Source: Massalongia carnosa | Taxonomy: Eukaryota | Length of the DNA stretch: 64,000 bases | Assembly: GCA_965645245.1 (NCBI GenBank) | Contig: OZ287073.1 | Location: forward strand, 620,001-684,000 | Reading direction: 5' to 3' | In this document: positions 10,629 through 23,063 of the stretch, piece after piece | How the letters are laid out: each line of letters opens with the position of its first letter | How positions within the stretch are numbered: the stretch's first letter is position 1 | The notes under the pieces: model-generated | Database searches by the model: none | Seen by the model: only the letters and a program-made list of their open reading frames with translations | What the model was told of the DNA's origin: nothing | Made by a program: the position numbers and the translations under genes

Positions 10629-11369
10629 TCCGAAGAAAGCATGTGGACCTGATGCAATCAATTTTACAATTGTTCAAAAATCGTTTCAATCGTTGAAAAA
10701 CGTGTTTTTCGTGATTTATTCGAAATTCATTCGAATCGGTTTTCACCCGTTATGCTGGCGGACAGGACTCGGTGCAGTTCTGAAAAAACCTAATAAATCA
10801 GACTACTCGTTTCCAAAATCATATAGAATTATCACATTACTAAATTGTCTTGGAAAAATTGCTGAGAAAATCGTTGCAAATCGACTAGCATACTTCGGCG
10901 AAAATTCGAATTTACTCGATATCGAACAGATGGGCGGACACAAAAATCATTCTGCAATTGACGCAGTAATGAACGTTGTTCATGATATTGAAATTGCAAA
11001 TAGAAATAAAAACGTCTTATCATGTTTATTACTCGATGTCAAAGGCGCATTTGACTTTGTCTCGATTAATCAACTGCTAAATTTTATGAAAAAGATGAAA
11101 TTATCTCGCATAATAATTCAATGGGTCAAGCATTTCATGACAAAACGATCGATCAATTTGATATTTGATGAAAATTTAAGCAAAACATATTATGTCGGAT
11201 CAGGAATTCCACAAGGCTCACCAATCTCGCCTATTCTATTTCTGATTAACATTCGTCACTTGTTTCCGAAAATACGAATGAAATTCAATGCACATTCTCC
11301 CAGTTTTATTGACGATGTTGTAATATATGTCGAAAATGATTGGGCCGCATCGAATAATGTTAAATTTGA
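10629..11369 (+). pseudogene. LINE RT domain remainder of the 428 copy
   Basis: KACGPD, DVKGAFD, GIPQGSPISP and FIDD motifs; continues the sequence cut at 4048. Confidence 0.92.
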
Positions 11370-12303
11370 AGCCGCGTAACGCAAAGGTAGATCATAAAAA
11401 GGACGGATTATTACGCCTGAACAATAAGAAACACAAGTACCGCAACTTTTGATACACTATAACTTTAACAGTCAATTGAGCCTCTATTTCTCAGTCATTT
11501 GCGCTCCTCCAGAGTTAAAACGCTCACAGATTGAGTGTAGGAGAGCTCTAGCAAAGCTCCAGCAGAGTTTTTCTGCTGGTCGCACGCGACCGACGTGATA
11601 AAGCGCGATCTAGAAGTTGGGAAAAACAACAAATACCAACAACCTCACCAAAAATCGCTCTTTTTTCTTGTTTTCTTCTGTTCTGTTGTCGCATGACCTT
11701 CAATTATTACTATAAAAATTATCTACAAAAATTATCTACTCTCGCGGGACTGTACAACAACTGTCGCGACGTCAGAGTCTTCTAAAGTTCATTCCTCATT
11801 TAAGGTTACGGGAACTTCCGCAAGCACAAATTTTCATAGCATATTTCACGTATAATTTTTGCACATTCCATTTTCGGCTTTATAGATCTTCGTTGAACGG
11901 CCGGTCAACAGATCACTGAAAAGAAGGGGAAAAACGTCTGGAATAGGATTATACCAAAGGTCCTGTTTCAGATTAATCAGAATAGGAAGTCTCCTATTGT
12001 CTTACATTGCATTAAAATTTATCTTTATTGATAAAAGCAAAAAAAAAACTTTCATTATTTTCACCTATTGTAGTGTCTGGTAAAGGGTTAAATAAGACTT
12101 ACTGCCTTAGCGAGGAACGGTCTATTTTAACCCGATTAGGATTTATTTGACGCGTTATAGTCAAATAAATAGGGATAGGAAAGAAAGAGTCATTTGACCA
12201 GTAAACAAACAGGTGTAAATTCTATTCTGACTAGTACGTCCGGGGAAAGTCAGAATAAATTATTTGGTGGCGATAAAAGGGATATTGCAAAGGCAAAAAC
12301 ACT

Positions 12304-13962
12304 ATGCTCAATCGAAGATTTAACCCGATAGGTCATAGACCAAATCGATTGATACCAACAACTCCTCCCCCAGGCCCCCCTCCACAACATCTATGGGTCC
12401 CCCCGAGTACTCCCCCGTGCCCCCCCCGAACCGACTCCCCCACGCCATCTTCGGTAGCGATAATTGGGAGCAACCCCCTAACCGTAGAATCCACGGAGGC
12501 CATGGACCAAACGCGAGAATTTTCGTCCGCACCGTCCACACCCACCCCAAAAACGAAACCTTTTGTCGCGCCATCTGGTGAATTCAGTACCAATCTGCCC
12601 ATGCCATCATTGAATTCTGATATTCGACTGAGTCCACCAATTAAACGCAACAAAAGACGAACATTTGACGAACATTCGATTGAGAGTCAAGAAGTTATCA
12701 ATCGATCAAAATCGATTCAACTATTGAATACGGCAAAAAATGCATTATTAGAGTCATTCGTAATAGATCAAAACCCCGAAACGGCTATGGTCATCGATCA
12801 CGTTAATTCTCTACTGGCAAAGAAATCGATCAAGCCAAAAGCAACGTTAGAAATGATTGATTGGAAATTGAATAGGGTGCTAGAACAAACTAGCCAAATT
12901 CCAGAAACAAAGAGAAAATCGGTGCATCCTATACAGACAAAATCGAAGGGAAATTCAAATGGAAATTCGAATTTGACTCAAAACGTCAACCCAGAAATTC
13001 GGAGCGAAACCGCCGGAGTCCCAGGGCCGCAGGTCAACGATACAGCTAGAACATGGAGCCAAATGCTCGGAAAAGCGACTGTCAATTCCGAAAATTGGAC
13101 TACCGTTCCTCGATCCAAAAAAACAAACAAGAACAACAACAATAATTCGAATGCGAACAAATTCGATAATACTGACGATTTCAAGGCGATCAAATCTCGA
13201 CGATTGATAATCATACCGAAAGCTCAAATCGGCGATATCGATTCACTGTTGCTTCGAAACCAAATCAATTCGCTTTTTAAAGACGCGAAATTGACTATCG
13301 TTGTTAACACGGTCGAAAAGTCCAAAACGGGTCAAAACATCGTTCTGACTACTAGTCCTGATAACACTGCTGAAGATTTATTGAACAATAAATCAATATG
13401 GGAGCATTTATTCGACCCACGAACAGTTCGAAAGGACGAATCGTGGTTCAAAGTCGTCGCACACGGTGTAAATATTGCAACATTTGATGAAAACATGCAA
13501 TATTTGCAAGAGGAAATTCAAAAGTTCAATTCGAACATGCAATTATGCGATGTTCCCAGATGGCTAGCACGTGATCGTCATAACAAGATCAAATCATCCG
13601 TTGTTTTGACATTCAATGATCGAAATATGGCCTTGAACGCGTTAAAAGGAGTCAATATCGCGGGCCGACATTGTGACACGGAAATATTTACCTCCGTTCG
13701 TCCAAACACACAATGCATTAATTGTCAAAAATTTGGACACAAGCATTATCAATGCAAAAGTCAAGCGAAATGCAGCATATGTGCGCAAAACCATGAAACA
13801 CGCAATCATGAATGCACAACATGCAAGTCAAAAATTGCTTGTGCACACGCCGTCGTCAAATGCGCGAATTGCAACAAGAATCATCAATCCAATGATGAAA
13901 ATTGTGAAATGGTTATATCGTTAAATGTTCGAAAATCGAATGACGAATTAGCCGCTTTGTAA
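12304..13962 (+). CDS. LINE ORF1 (gag-like nucleic-acid-binding protein), intact
   Basis: 552 aa; C-terminal Cys/His knuckles (CINCQKFGHKHYQC, CSICAQNH..C, CANCNKNH..C). Confidence 0.92.
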   Translation: MLNRRFNPIGHRPNRLIPTTPPPGPPPQHLWVPPSTPPCPPRTDSPTPSSVAIIGSNPLTVESTEAMDQTREFSSAPSTPTPKTKPFVAPSGEFSTNLPMPSLNSDIRLSPPIKRNKRRTFDEHSIESQEVINRSKSIQLLNTAKNALLESFVIDQNPETAMVIDHVNSLLAKKSIKPKATLEMIDWKLNRVLEQTSQIPETKRKSVHPIQTKSKGNSNGNSNLTQNVNPEIRSETAGVPGPQVNDTARTWSQMLGKATVNSENWTTVPRSKKTNKNNNNNSNANKFDNTDDFKAIKSRRLIIIPKAQIGDIDSLLLRNQINSLFKDAKLTIVVNTVEKSKTGQNIVLTTSPDNTAEDLLNNKSIWEHLFDPRTVRKDESWFKVVAHGVNIATFDENMQYLQEEIQKFNSNMQLCDVPRWLARDRHNKIKSSVVLTFNDRNMALNALKGVNIAGRHCDTEIFTSVRPNTQCINCQKFGHKHYQCKSQAKCSICAQNHETRNHECTTCKSKIACAHAVVKCANCNKNHQSNDENCEMVISLNVRKSNDELAAL

Positions 13963-16900
13963 TGGCAGGACAGCATTCGTTGACAAACATCGAAAATACA
14001 CAAAATGTTAAATTTATTCAACATAATTGTGCAAAGTCAACGAATGCAATGATATCGTGTTTGGAATATGCTTTATCAAATCAAATTGATATTGTTTTGT
14101 TTCAGGAACCATGGACACGAGATCAAAAAACAATATCACATCCGTCATTTACATGTATTATGCCAAAAATAGCGACTTATCGCTCGAGAGTAGCTATATT
14201 TGTCACAAATGGCAATTCCAAACTGCAATGCACGCCTAGAACGGATCTTATTGACGATTCCGATATGCAAATTATTGAAATTACAATTGATGAAGTTCGA
14301 AAAGTGCAGATTTTCAATATTTATAACGAAAAAAGTCAAAGTGATCGAGAAACATACACGATCGATCGACTTTTAATCCAATTACAACCAAAATCAACTG
14401 ATCAATTCGTCATCTGTGGAGATTTCAATGCACATCATAACTGGTGGAATTCGAAAATTCAACAAGCAATTCGATCAGAAAATCTTGTCAAATGGTTGAA
14501 ATTAAACAGGTGTAGCTTGATAAACACACCTGACTTATGTACATACTACGCCCATTCTGGAAGTTCTTCATCTGTTATTGATTTAACTTTTGCAAATTCT
14601 AAAATCGAAAATGCAATTACAAATTGGTCAATCGATGAAAACGCAGTCACAGGTTCAGATCATGAAGTCATCCGATTTGAACTAATCGCATCTTTCAAAA
14701 ACTTGACGTCACATGCAACCGCATTATCGAATAAATACAATTGCAATAAAGCTGATTGGAATAAATTCGCGAAGTATCTAGACGAAAATTCAACCATCTA
14801 CGAATCACAAGTTCAAAGTTTATTGAATAATCATCAATTCGACGAATCAGCGATATATTTGCAAAACGTTATCAAAAACGCGGCTGAAATGTTTATTCCG
14901 AAAACGAAAATTTGTGCAAAATCGAAAAATTGGTGGTCGCATGATTTAACTGAACTTCGAAAAACCATGTGCAGACATCGTCGAGAATGGAAGAATTATC
15001 CGTCCGATTTTAGTCATCGGACGTTTAAACATAGTCGAATCGAGTATTTTCATGCAATTCGAAAAGCAAAACAACAAACCTGGTTGACTTTTCTAGAAAA
15101 TGCAGCGAATAAAGACGTGTTTACCGCGTATAAATATACTAAACCGCGCATATTCGAAAAAATACCGCCGATTCTACATGAAAACAAGCTAAATGTTCAG
15201 TTTGATGACAAATGCGATGCATTTGTGTCAGCAATGTATACAAAAAACCCATTTATTGACGATAATGAGGAAGATTTATCAAATCAAGACAGCGTAAATG
15301 ATGATAATTGGCCAGATTTGACCGAAAACGAGTTGAAAAATGCGATTAGTTTATTTAATCCGAAGAAAGCATGTGGACCTGATGCAATCAATTTTACAAT
15401 TGTTCAAAAATCGTTTCAATCGTTGAAAAACATGTTTTTCATGATTTATTCGAAATTCATTCGAATCGGTTATCACCCGTTATGCTGGCGGACAGGACTC
15501 GGTGCAGTTCTGAAAAAACCTAATAAATAGGACCTATTCGTTTCCAAAATCATATCGAATTATCATATTATTAAATTGTCATGGTAAAATTGCTGAGAAA
15601 ATCGTTGCAAATCGACTAGCCTACTTCGGCGAAAATTCGAATTTACTCGATATCGAACAGATGGGCGGACGCAAAAATCATTCTGCAATTGACGCAGTAA
15701 TGAACGTTGTTCATGATATTGAAATTGCAAATAGAAATAAAAACGTCTTATCATGTTTATTACTCGATGTCAAAGGCGCATTTGACTTTGTCTCGATTAA
15801 TCAACTGCTAAATGTTATGAAAAAGCTGAAATTATCTCGCATAATAATTCAATGGGTCAAGCATTTCATGACAAAGCGATCGATCAATTTGATATTTGAT
15901 GAAAATTTAAGCAAAACATATTATGTCGAATCAGGAATTCCACAAGGCTCACCAATCTCGCCTATTCTATTTCTGATTTACATCCTTCACTTGTTTCCGA
16001 AAATACGAATGAAATTCAATGCACATTCTCCCAGTTTTATTGACGATGTTGCAATATATGTCGAAAATAAAACTGCAAAACAGAATTGCAAAGAAATCGA
16101 AATCATAGTCAAAACGGCCTTTGATTGGGCCGCATCGAATAATGTCAAATTTGATGACGATAAATCCGAGCTGATTCACTTCGAAAAGACAAGAAATGTA
16201 TCGAAAGACACATTGGAATTACCAAACGGGACAGTACTAGAACCGAAAAATGTAGTCAAATGGTTGGGCGTCTGGTTAGACCGAAAACTAAATTTCAAAA
16301 AACACGTCGAAACGCGGATCTCTTCTGCGAATCGATCGTTTTTTGCAATTCAGAATTTGATGAAATCCGAATGGGGTCTGAAACCGACCGCATGCAGACA
16401 GCTCTATATGTCATGCATTATTCCTATTTCGGACTACGGCTCAGAAATTTGGTATAATGGTCAAAAGAAATATGAAAAACTATTTCAGAACCTACATAAT
16501 CAAATGATTCGAAAGATTTTAGGAACTTTCAAAACCACACTGTTCAGGCGATGGAAATTGAATAACATGTTTTACCAGTTAAACTTCGATTATTAATGAA
16601 AAATCAAAAATACGCAATTCGATTATTGAAGATTGCCGAAAATAACCCTATTTGTCAAAGAATTCCAAACACATATTCGATAAAATCCGAAAATATCGGT
16701 TTTGACACAAGTTTATAGAACAACAAATATGCCGAATGGAACGAAGACGAAAAACAAACAAATAAACGATATCCTAGTCAGCTTATTCGCGTTCTTTATT
16801 CCGTTTCCGACATAGTTCACAAAACTGATTAATTTGAACAATCAAATCATTTTATTAAACCTTGGAAATCGCCTTGCAAAATCGAATTTCAAATCGAAAA

Positions 16901-17971
16901 TACAAAGGAATCTGCAAAATCAAGTTATTATTCGACCTTATCCAAAATTGAATTAATGAACTCCGATAAATTCCGAGTTTTACTTTATACAGATGGTTCG
17001 AAAATCGAATTTGCGACGTCTGCAGTCACATTTGCGCCAATTATAAGGAATTGGAGTAACATTATCAATAATTTTTATCGATTTATCGAAAAAGATTGTC
17101 TGATTAATTATCATACGATTTCGAAAAGCTGGAAATTAAGCAAAAAGTAAAGCATTAAAAATGCTGAACTGTATGCGATTTTACAAGCAATGAAATGGGT
17201 CTATAAATTGTCGAATACTAATATTTTATCGAACTTAGAAAAAACGATTTGGATTTTTTCTGATAGTATAAACGCGATAAACGAAATTCAGAACTTGACA
17301 AATCATATTTTCGCCAGACAAATTCGAAAGATCGCAAAACTCTTATTTGAAAGCAATTTTCAGGTGATTTTGCAACGGGTTCCGAGTCATTCAAATATTA
17401 CCGAAAACGAAATTGCAGAATAGCAAAGACGGGCCATAATCAAATCCTAGTCGAGTCCTCGGCGATAACATTTGATTATGTAAAAGATCAAATAAATCAT
17501 AATATGCTAACCACAAGGACGAATCAATGGCAACAATGCAAATCAAAAGGCTAATACTACGAGAAATTCGAAATGAAACCTGGCATATCGAGATTTTATT
17601 ATTTATCAAACAACTGTTCCAAATTGATATTTGCTACTATTATGCAATTAAAATTCGGACACGGCTATTTTCTATCATATTTGCAGCAATTGAAAGATTA
17701 TAATTCGTCAAAATGTACAAATCGATGCAATCAACGAAAAACGCCAAAAAACTTGTTATTGAATTGCATTCACTATTTCTATGAAATTCAAAACATGAAA
17801 AAAAATATGGATACAACGATCGATTTGAATATGTTGTTTAATATAAAAATCGGCAATGACATTTTGATTAAATTCATTTTCAATAACAAAATTGCGACTA
17901 GAAAATGGATACTAGGTCAGCTTGATGACGAGATTTTCGAAACTGGAGGTTGGGGAGAGATCGAACAGTAA
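13962..17971 (+). pseudogene. LINE ORF2 (APE-RT-RNase H-CCHC), disrupted
   Basis: Starts in the TAATG overlap; QEP, GDFNAHH, SDH, FIDD and YTDGS motifs; stops/frameshifts at ~15528, ~16540 and further on. Confidence 0.93.
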
Positions 17972-18197
17972 AATCAGAAACGATTTATGCTGAAACATTC
18001 ACGAACTTACAAAGACAAATTTTAAAATCGATATTCTTCGATTACTATAGGTTGTTACTAACACGGAGTAAAAATGGGGAAAAATTGACAATACAGATGG
18101 GTTATAAAGGGTTGATTTATTTGTAATATAGAAACATATCCTAAAATAGTTTAGTGTGATAACCTTAGGTTGAATACACTTAATGAATAAATAAAAA

Positions 18198-21100
18198 TGT
18201 AAAAAAGCCGATTGGGATAAATTCGCGAAGTTTCTAGACGAAAATGCAATAAACTACGAGTCCCAAATACAAAGTCTATTGAACAATTATCAATTTGACG
18301 AATCAGCGTTATATTTGCAAAACGTTATCAAAAACGCGGCTGAAATGTTTATTTCGAAGACAAAAATATGCGCAAAATCGAAAAATTGGTGGTCGAAAGA
18401 TTTAACCGGACTTCGAAAAATCATGTGTAGATATCGTCGAGAATGGAAGAATAATACGTCATATTTTAGTAATCAAACATTTAGACATAATCGAATCGAG
18501 TACTTTCATGCAATTCGAAAAGCGAAACAGCAAATTTGGTTGGCTTTCTTCGAAAACGCAGCGAATAAAGAAGTATTTACAGCTTATAAATACACTAAAC
18601 CGCCCATGTTCGAAAAATACCAACTATTCAATATTAAATCAATTTAAATGTCCAATTCGATCACAAATGCGATGCGTTTGTGTCAGCAATGTACACAAAA
18701 AACCCGTTCACGGACGATAATATTAAAGATTTAACGTATCAAGATAGCGAAAATGACAGCAATTAGCCGAATTAAACCAAAAATGAATTGCAAAATGCGA
18801 TTAGTTTGTTTAATCCAAAGAAATCATGTGGACCTGATGCAATCAATTTCACAATAGTTCAAAAATCGTTCCAACCATTGAAAAACGTGTTTTTTACTAT
18901 TTATTCTAAATTTATACAAATCTGTTATCACCTGTTATGCTGGCGAACAGGACTCGGTGCAGTTTTAAAAAAACCTAATAAACCAGATTACTCGCTGCCA
19001 AAATCATATCGAATTATTACATTACTGAATTGTCTTGGTAAAATTGCGGAGAAAATAGTTTCTAATCCACTAGCATACCTCGGCGAAAATTCGAGCTTGT
19101 TAGATACCGAACAAATGGGCAGAGGCAAAAATCATTCTGCAATTGATGCGGTAATGAACGTCGTTCATGATATCGAAATCGCAAACCCAATCAAAAACGT
19201 TATATCATGTCTATTACTCGATGTCAAAGGAGCATTTGACTTTGTTTCGATTAATCAATTGCTAAATGTCATGAAGAAGCTGCATTTACCTCGCATAGTT
19301 ATTCAATAGGTCAAGCATTTTATGACAAAACGATCGATCAATTTGATATTCGATGAACACAAAAGCAAAACGTACTATATTGAATCTGGAATTCCACAAG
19401 GTTTACCAATTTCGCAAATTCTGTTTCTGATTTATATTCGTTACTTATTTCCGAAAATACTAATGAAATTCAATGCTCATTCACCTAGCTTTATAGACTA
19501 TATTGCAATATATGTCGAAAATAAAACTGCCAAACAGAATTGAAAAGAAATCGAAATTATCGTCAAAACAGCTTTTGATTGGGCCGCAACGAATAATGTC
19601 AAATTTGATGACGACAAATCTGAGTTGATTCACATCGAAAAGTCAAGAAATATATAAAAAGACAAAGTGCAATTACCAAACGGGACAATACTAGAACCGA
19701 AAAATTCTGTCAAATGGTTAGGAGTCTGGTTAGACCGAAAACTAAATTACAAAAAACACGTCGAAACGCGAATTGCTTCTGCAAATCGATCGTTTTTCGC
19801 AATTCAAAATTTGATGAAGTTTGAATGGGGAATAAAGCCAACTGCATGCAGACAGCTCTATTTGTCATGCATCATTCCTATTTCGGACTATGGCTCAGAA
19901 ATCTTGTATAATGGTCAAAAGAAATATGAAAAGCTATTTCAGAATCTGCAAAATCGGATGATTCGAAAGATTTTAGGCACGTTCAAAACCACGCCTGTTC
20001 AGGCGATGGAAATTGAATCGCATATTTTACCAGCCAAGCTACGATTGTTGATGAAAAATCAAAAATACGCAATTCGATTATTGAAGATTGCCGAAAATAA
20101 TCCTATTTGTCAAAGAATTCGCAGTACCTATTCGGTGCAATTCGAAAACATCGGTTTTGACACTAGTTTATGGAACAACAGATATGCTGAATGGAACGAA
20201 GACGAGAAAAAATCGAGTAAACCTCATCCTAGTCAGCTTATCCGTATTCTCCATTCCGTTTCGGATATAGTTCACAAAACTGATGAATTCGAATCAGTAA
20301 ATAAGTTCATCAAACCATGGAAGCCGTCTTGTAAAATCAAATTCCAAATCGAAAGATCCAAAGAAACAGCAAAGTCAAGTTATTATTCGACTTTATCAAA
20401 GATTCAATCAATAAACGCCGATAAATCGCGAATGTTACTCTATACCGATGGATCAAAAACCGAGTTTTAAACTTCCGCTGTCACATTTGCACCAATTATG
20501 CGAAATTGGAACAATTTCACCGATAACTTCAATCGTTTTATCGAAAAAGATTGTCTCCTCAAACATCATACGATTTCGAAAAGCTGGAAATTAAACAAAC
20601 AGTCAAGCGTTAAAAACGCTGAACTGTATGCGATACTACAAGCAATAAATGGGCATACAAATTGACAATCGCGAATATTCTCTCCAATTTTGAAAAAACG
20701 ATTTGGATTTTTTCCGATAGCATAAACGCGATAAACGAAATTCAGAACTTGACAAATCATACTTACGCAAAACAAATTCGAAAATTATCGAAATGCTTAT
20801 TCGGAAACAATTTTCAGGTGGTTCTACAATGGATTCCTAGTCATTCGAAAATCGTCGAAAATGAAATTGCAGATAAAGCAGCAAAAGCGGGACATAGTCG
20901 AATCCTAGTCGGGTCTTCGATAATAACATTTGATTATGTAAAGGGTCAAATAAATCGAAATATGTTAGCCACATGGGCGAATCAATTGCAACAATGCAAG
21001 TCAAAAGGCAAATACTATGAGAAATTCGAAATGCAGCCGGGCAAATCGAGTTTTTATTACCTGTCGAATAATTGTTCGAAATTGATATTTGCGACTATTA

Positions 21101-21667
21101 TGCAAATGAAATTCGGACATGGTTATTTTCGATCATATCTGCACCGATTGAAAGATTATAATTCGTCAAAATGCACAGGGCGCTGCAACGAACGTCAAAC
21201 GCCAGAACACTTATTGATGAATTGCATAAATTATTCCAATGAAATCCTAAATATGAAACAAAATATCGATACCACAATTACTTTAAAAATGTTGTTTAAT
21301 ACTAGGATCGGTAATAATATTTTTATTAAATTTATTGTTGATAATAAAATCGCGACTAAAAAATGGATGCTAGGTCAGCTCGATGACGAAAATATCGAAA
21401 CGGGAGGTTGGGGAGAGATCGAACAGTAAAATTAGAAATGATTTATGCTGGAATATTCACGAGCTTTACAAAAACAAATTGTAAAATCGATATTTCGATT
21501 ACTAAAGGTTGTTACTAACACGGAGTAAAAACGGGGCAATATTGATGATACATAGTTGGGTTATAAATGGTTGATTTATTTGTAAAATAAAAACAGATCT
21601 TAAAATAGTTTAGTGTCATAACCTTAGGTTGAATACACTTAATAAATAAATAAAAAATAAAAAAAAA
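18198..21667 (+). mobile_element. 5'-truncated LINE (subfamily B), ORF2 disrupted
   Basis: Fragmented RT and RNase H ORFs 18279-21429, 3'UTR and TAAA/A tail. Confidence 0.92.
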
Positions 21668-22186
21668 TTGTCAAATGACTCTTTCTTTCTTATCCCTATT
21701 TATTCTGTTGACCGGCCGTTCAACGAAGATCGATAAAGCCGAAAATGGAATGTGCAAAAATTATACGTGAAATATGCTGTGAAAATTTATGCTTGCGGAA
21801 GTTCCCGTAACCTTAAATGAGGAATAAACTTTACAAGACTTTGACGTCGCGACAGTTGTTGTACAGTACCGCGAGGGTAGATTTGTATGTAGATAATTCT
21901 TATAGTAATAATTGAAGGTCATGCGACAACAAACAGAAGAAAACAAGAAAAAGGAGTGATTTTTGGTGATGTTGTTGGTATTTGTTGTTTTTTCCAACTT
22001 CTAGAGCGCGCTTTATCACGTCGGTCGCGTGCGACCAGCAGAAAATCTCTACTGGAGCTTTGTTAGAGCTCACCTACACTCAATCTGAGAGCTTTTTTGC
22101 TCTGGAGGAGCTCAAATGACTGAGAAATAGAGGTTCAATTGACTGATAAAGTTATTGAGTATCAAAAGTTGCGGTACTTGTGTTTC
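21668..22186 (-). mobile_element. LINE (A) 5'UTR fragment with internal deletion
   Basis: Reverse complement of the 5'UTR, ending in gcggtacttgtgtttc (element 5' end). Confidence 0.9.
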
Positions 22187-23063
22187 GATAGGTATTGGCG
22201 GAATTGGAGTAATCGTGTGCTTTGAGTAGTTGAACGATTTTTGCCTCGATCAGTAGGTTTTTAGCCAAGATGTGCTTTAGCTCTGGAGTAGATTTTTGAA
22301 GGCGTTTGCGACCTGCCTTGCCTCGGAGTTTATTAACTATTTTGCTCCACGCGGATGAAATGACCTTCGATCGATCTCTAGCTCGAAGTCGATATCTGGC
22401 CTGCGCCTGTAACGTGTCGAGGTGTAAATTTATGGGTGCTATCTATGTCTCTGCTTCAAGAACTGGAATGGGAGTAGCCTTAAAGGCACCGGCTATAGTT
22501 CGAAGGCAGTTGTTTTGCATAACGGAGAGCTTGCTCGTTGACGTTTTTGACTTTTTGACTTCTTTGGGCATGTGCCATACGGTTGACCCGTATGTCATGA
22601 CCGGACGCACTACGGCGCTGTAAACTTGCCTTGCTTTGGTGAAGGTGGCACCCCAAGTCGATGTGGAGATTTTTGTCCATGTTATAGATTGTTTAACTAT
22701 TTTCTATTGCGTTTTGCGAACGAGCGGTCCCCGTTTCAATTTGGTGTCAGTTTGCAAGCCTAAGACTCTAATTTCCGTTTTTGGTTCAATTTTGGTACTT
22801 GCAATTTTGATAGGTGCAGCTCTATTGAATCTTTTGGGATCTCTAGACAAGTGAATGAGTTCGTACTTCGTAGGAGCGAATAGAGATCCCTGTCGTGAAT
22901 CCCACTTTTCGCTTTGTCTGTGTATTAACTCCAGAGTCTTGCAATTCTATTCGGTGCTTTTTCCATATGCCAAAATATTGGCATCGCCGACAAATCCTAT
23001 TGCACTTCTGTTTATGCCTGGTCGCTCATAGATTTCCAATAGGTCTGCATTATAGAATAGATA
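22187..23063 (-). pseudogene. Divergent Tad-like LINE (C), RT C-terminal half
   Basis: Hand translation: YLFYNADLL..GFVGD..FAPTKYELIHL..IRVLGL..WGA..RQVYSAVVRPVMTYGSTVW..IAGAFKATP. Confidence 0.85.

Larger units (their letters stand above)
428..11369 (+). mobile_element. Tad-like LINE (subfamily A1), internally deleted and interrupted by a LINE and a gypsy insertion
   Basis: 5' end gaaacacaagtaccgc is shared with 11428, 33697 and 22186(-). Contains ORF1, APE and RT segments. Sequence resumes after both insertions with TSDs. Confidence 0.92.
11428..18197 (+). mobile_element. Full-length Tad-like LINE (A1)
   Basis: 876-nt 5'UTR, ORF1, ORF2, 3'UTR and aataaataaaa tail. Confidence 0.95.

Noticed and set aside
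428..11428. Two LINE 5' ends exactly 11,000 bp apart
   Set aside because: Coincidental sum of independent insertions and deletions
17968..18100. GTAAAA at the ORF2 stop plus TACTAAC in the LINE 3'UTR as an intron
   Set aside because: The nearest AG is GAG, and no retrotransposed copy in the window lacks the segment
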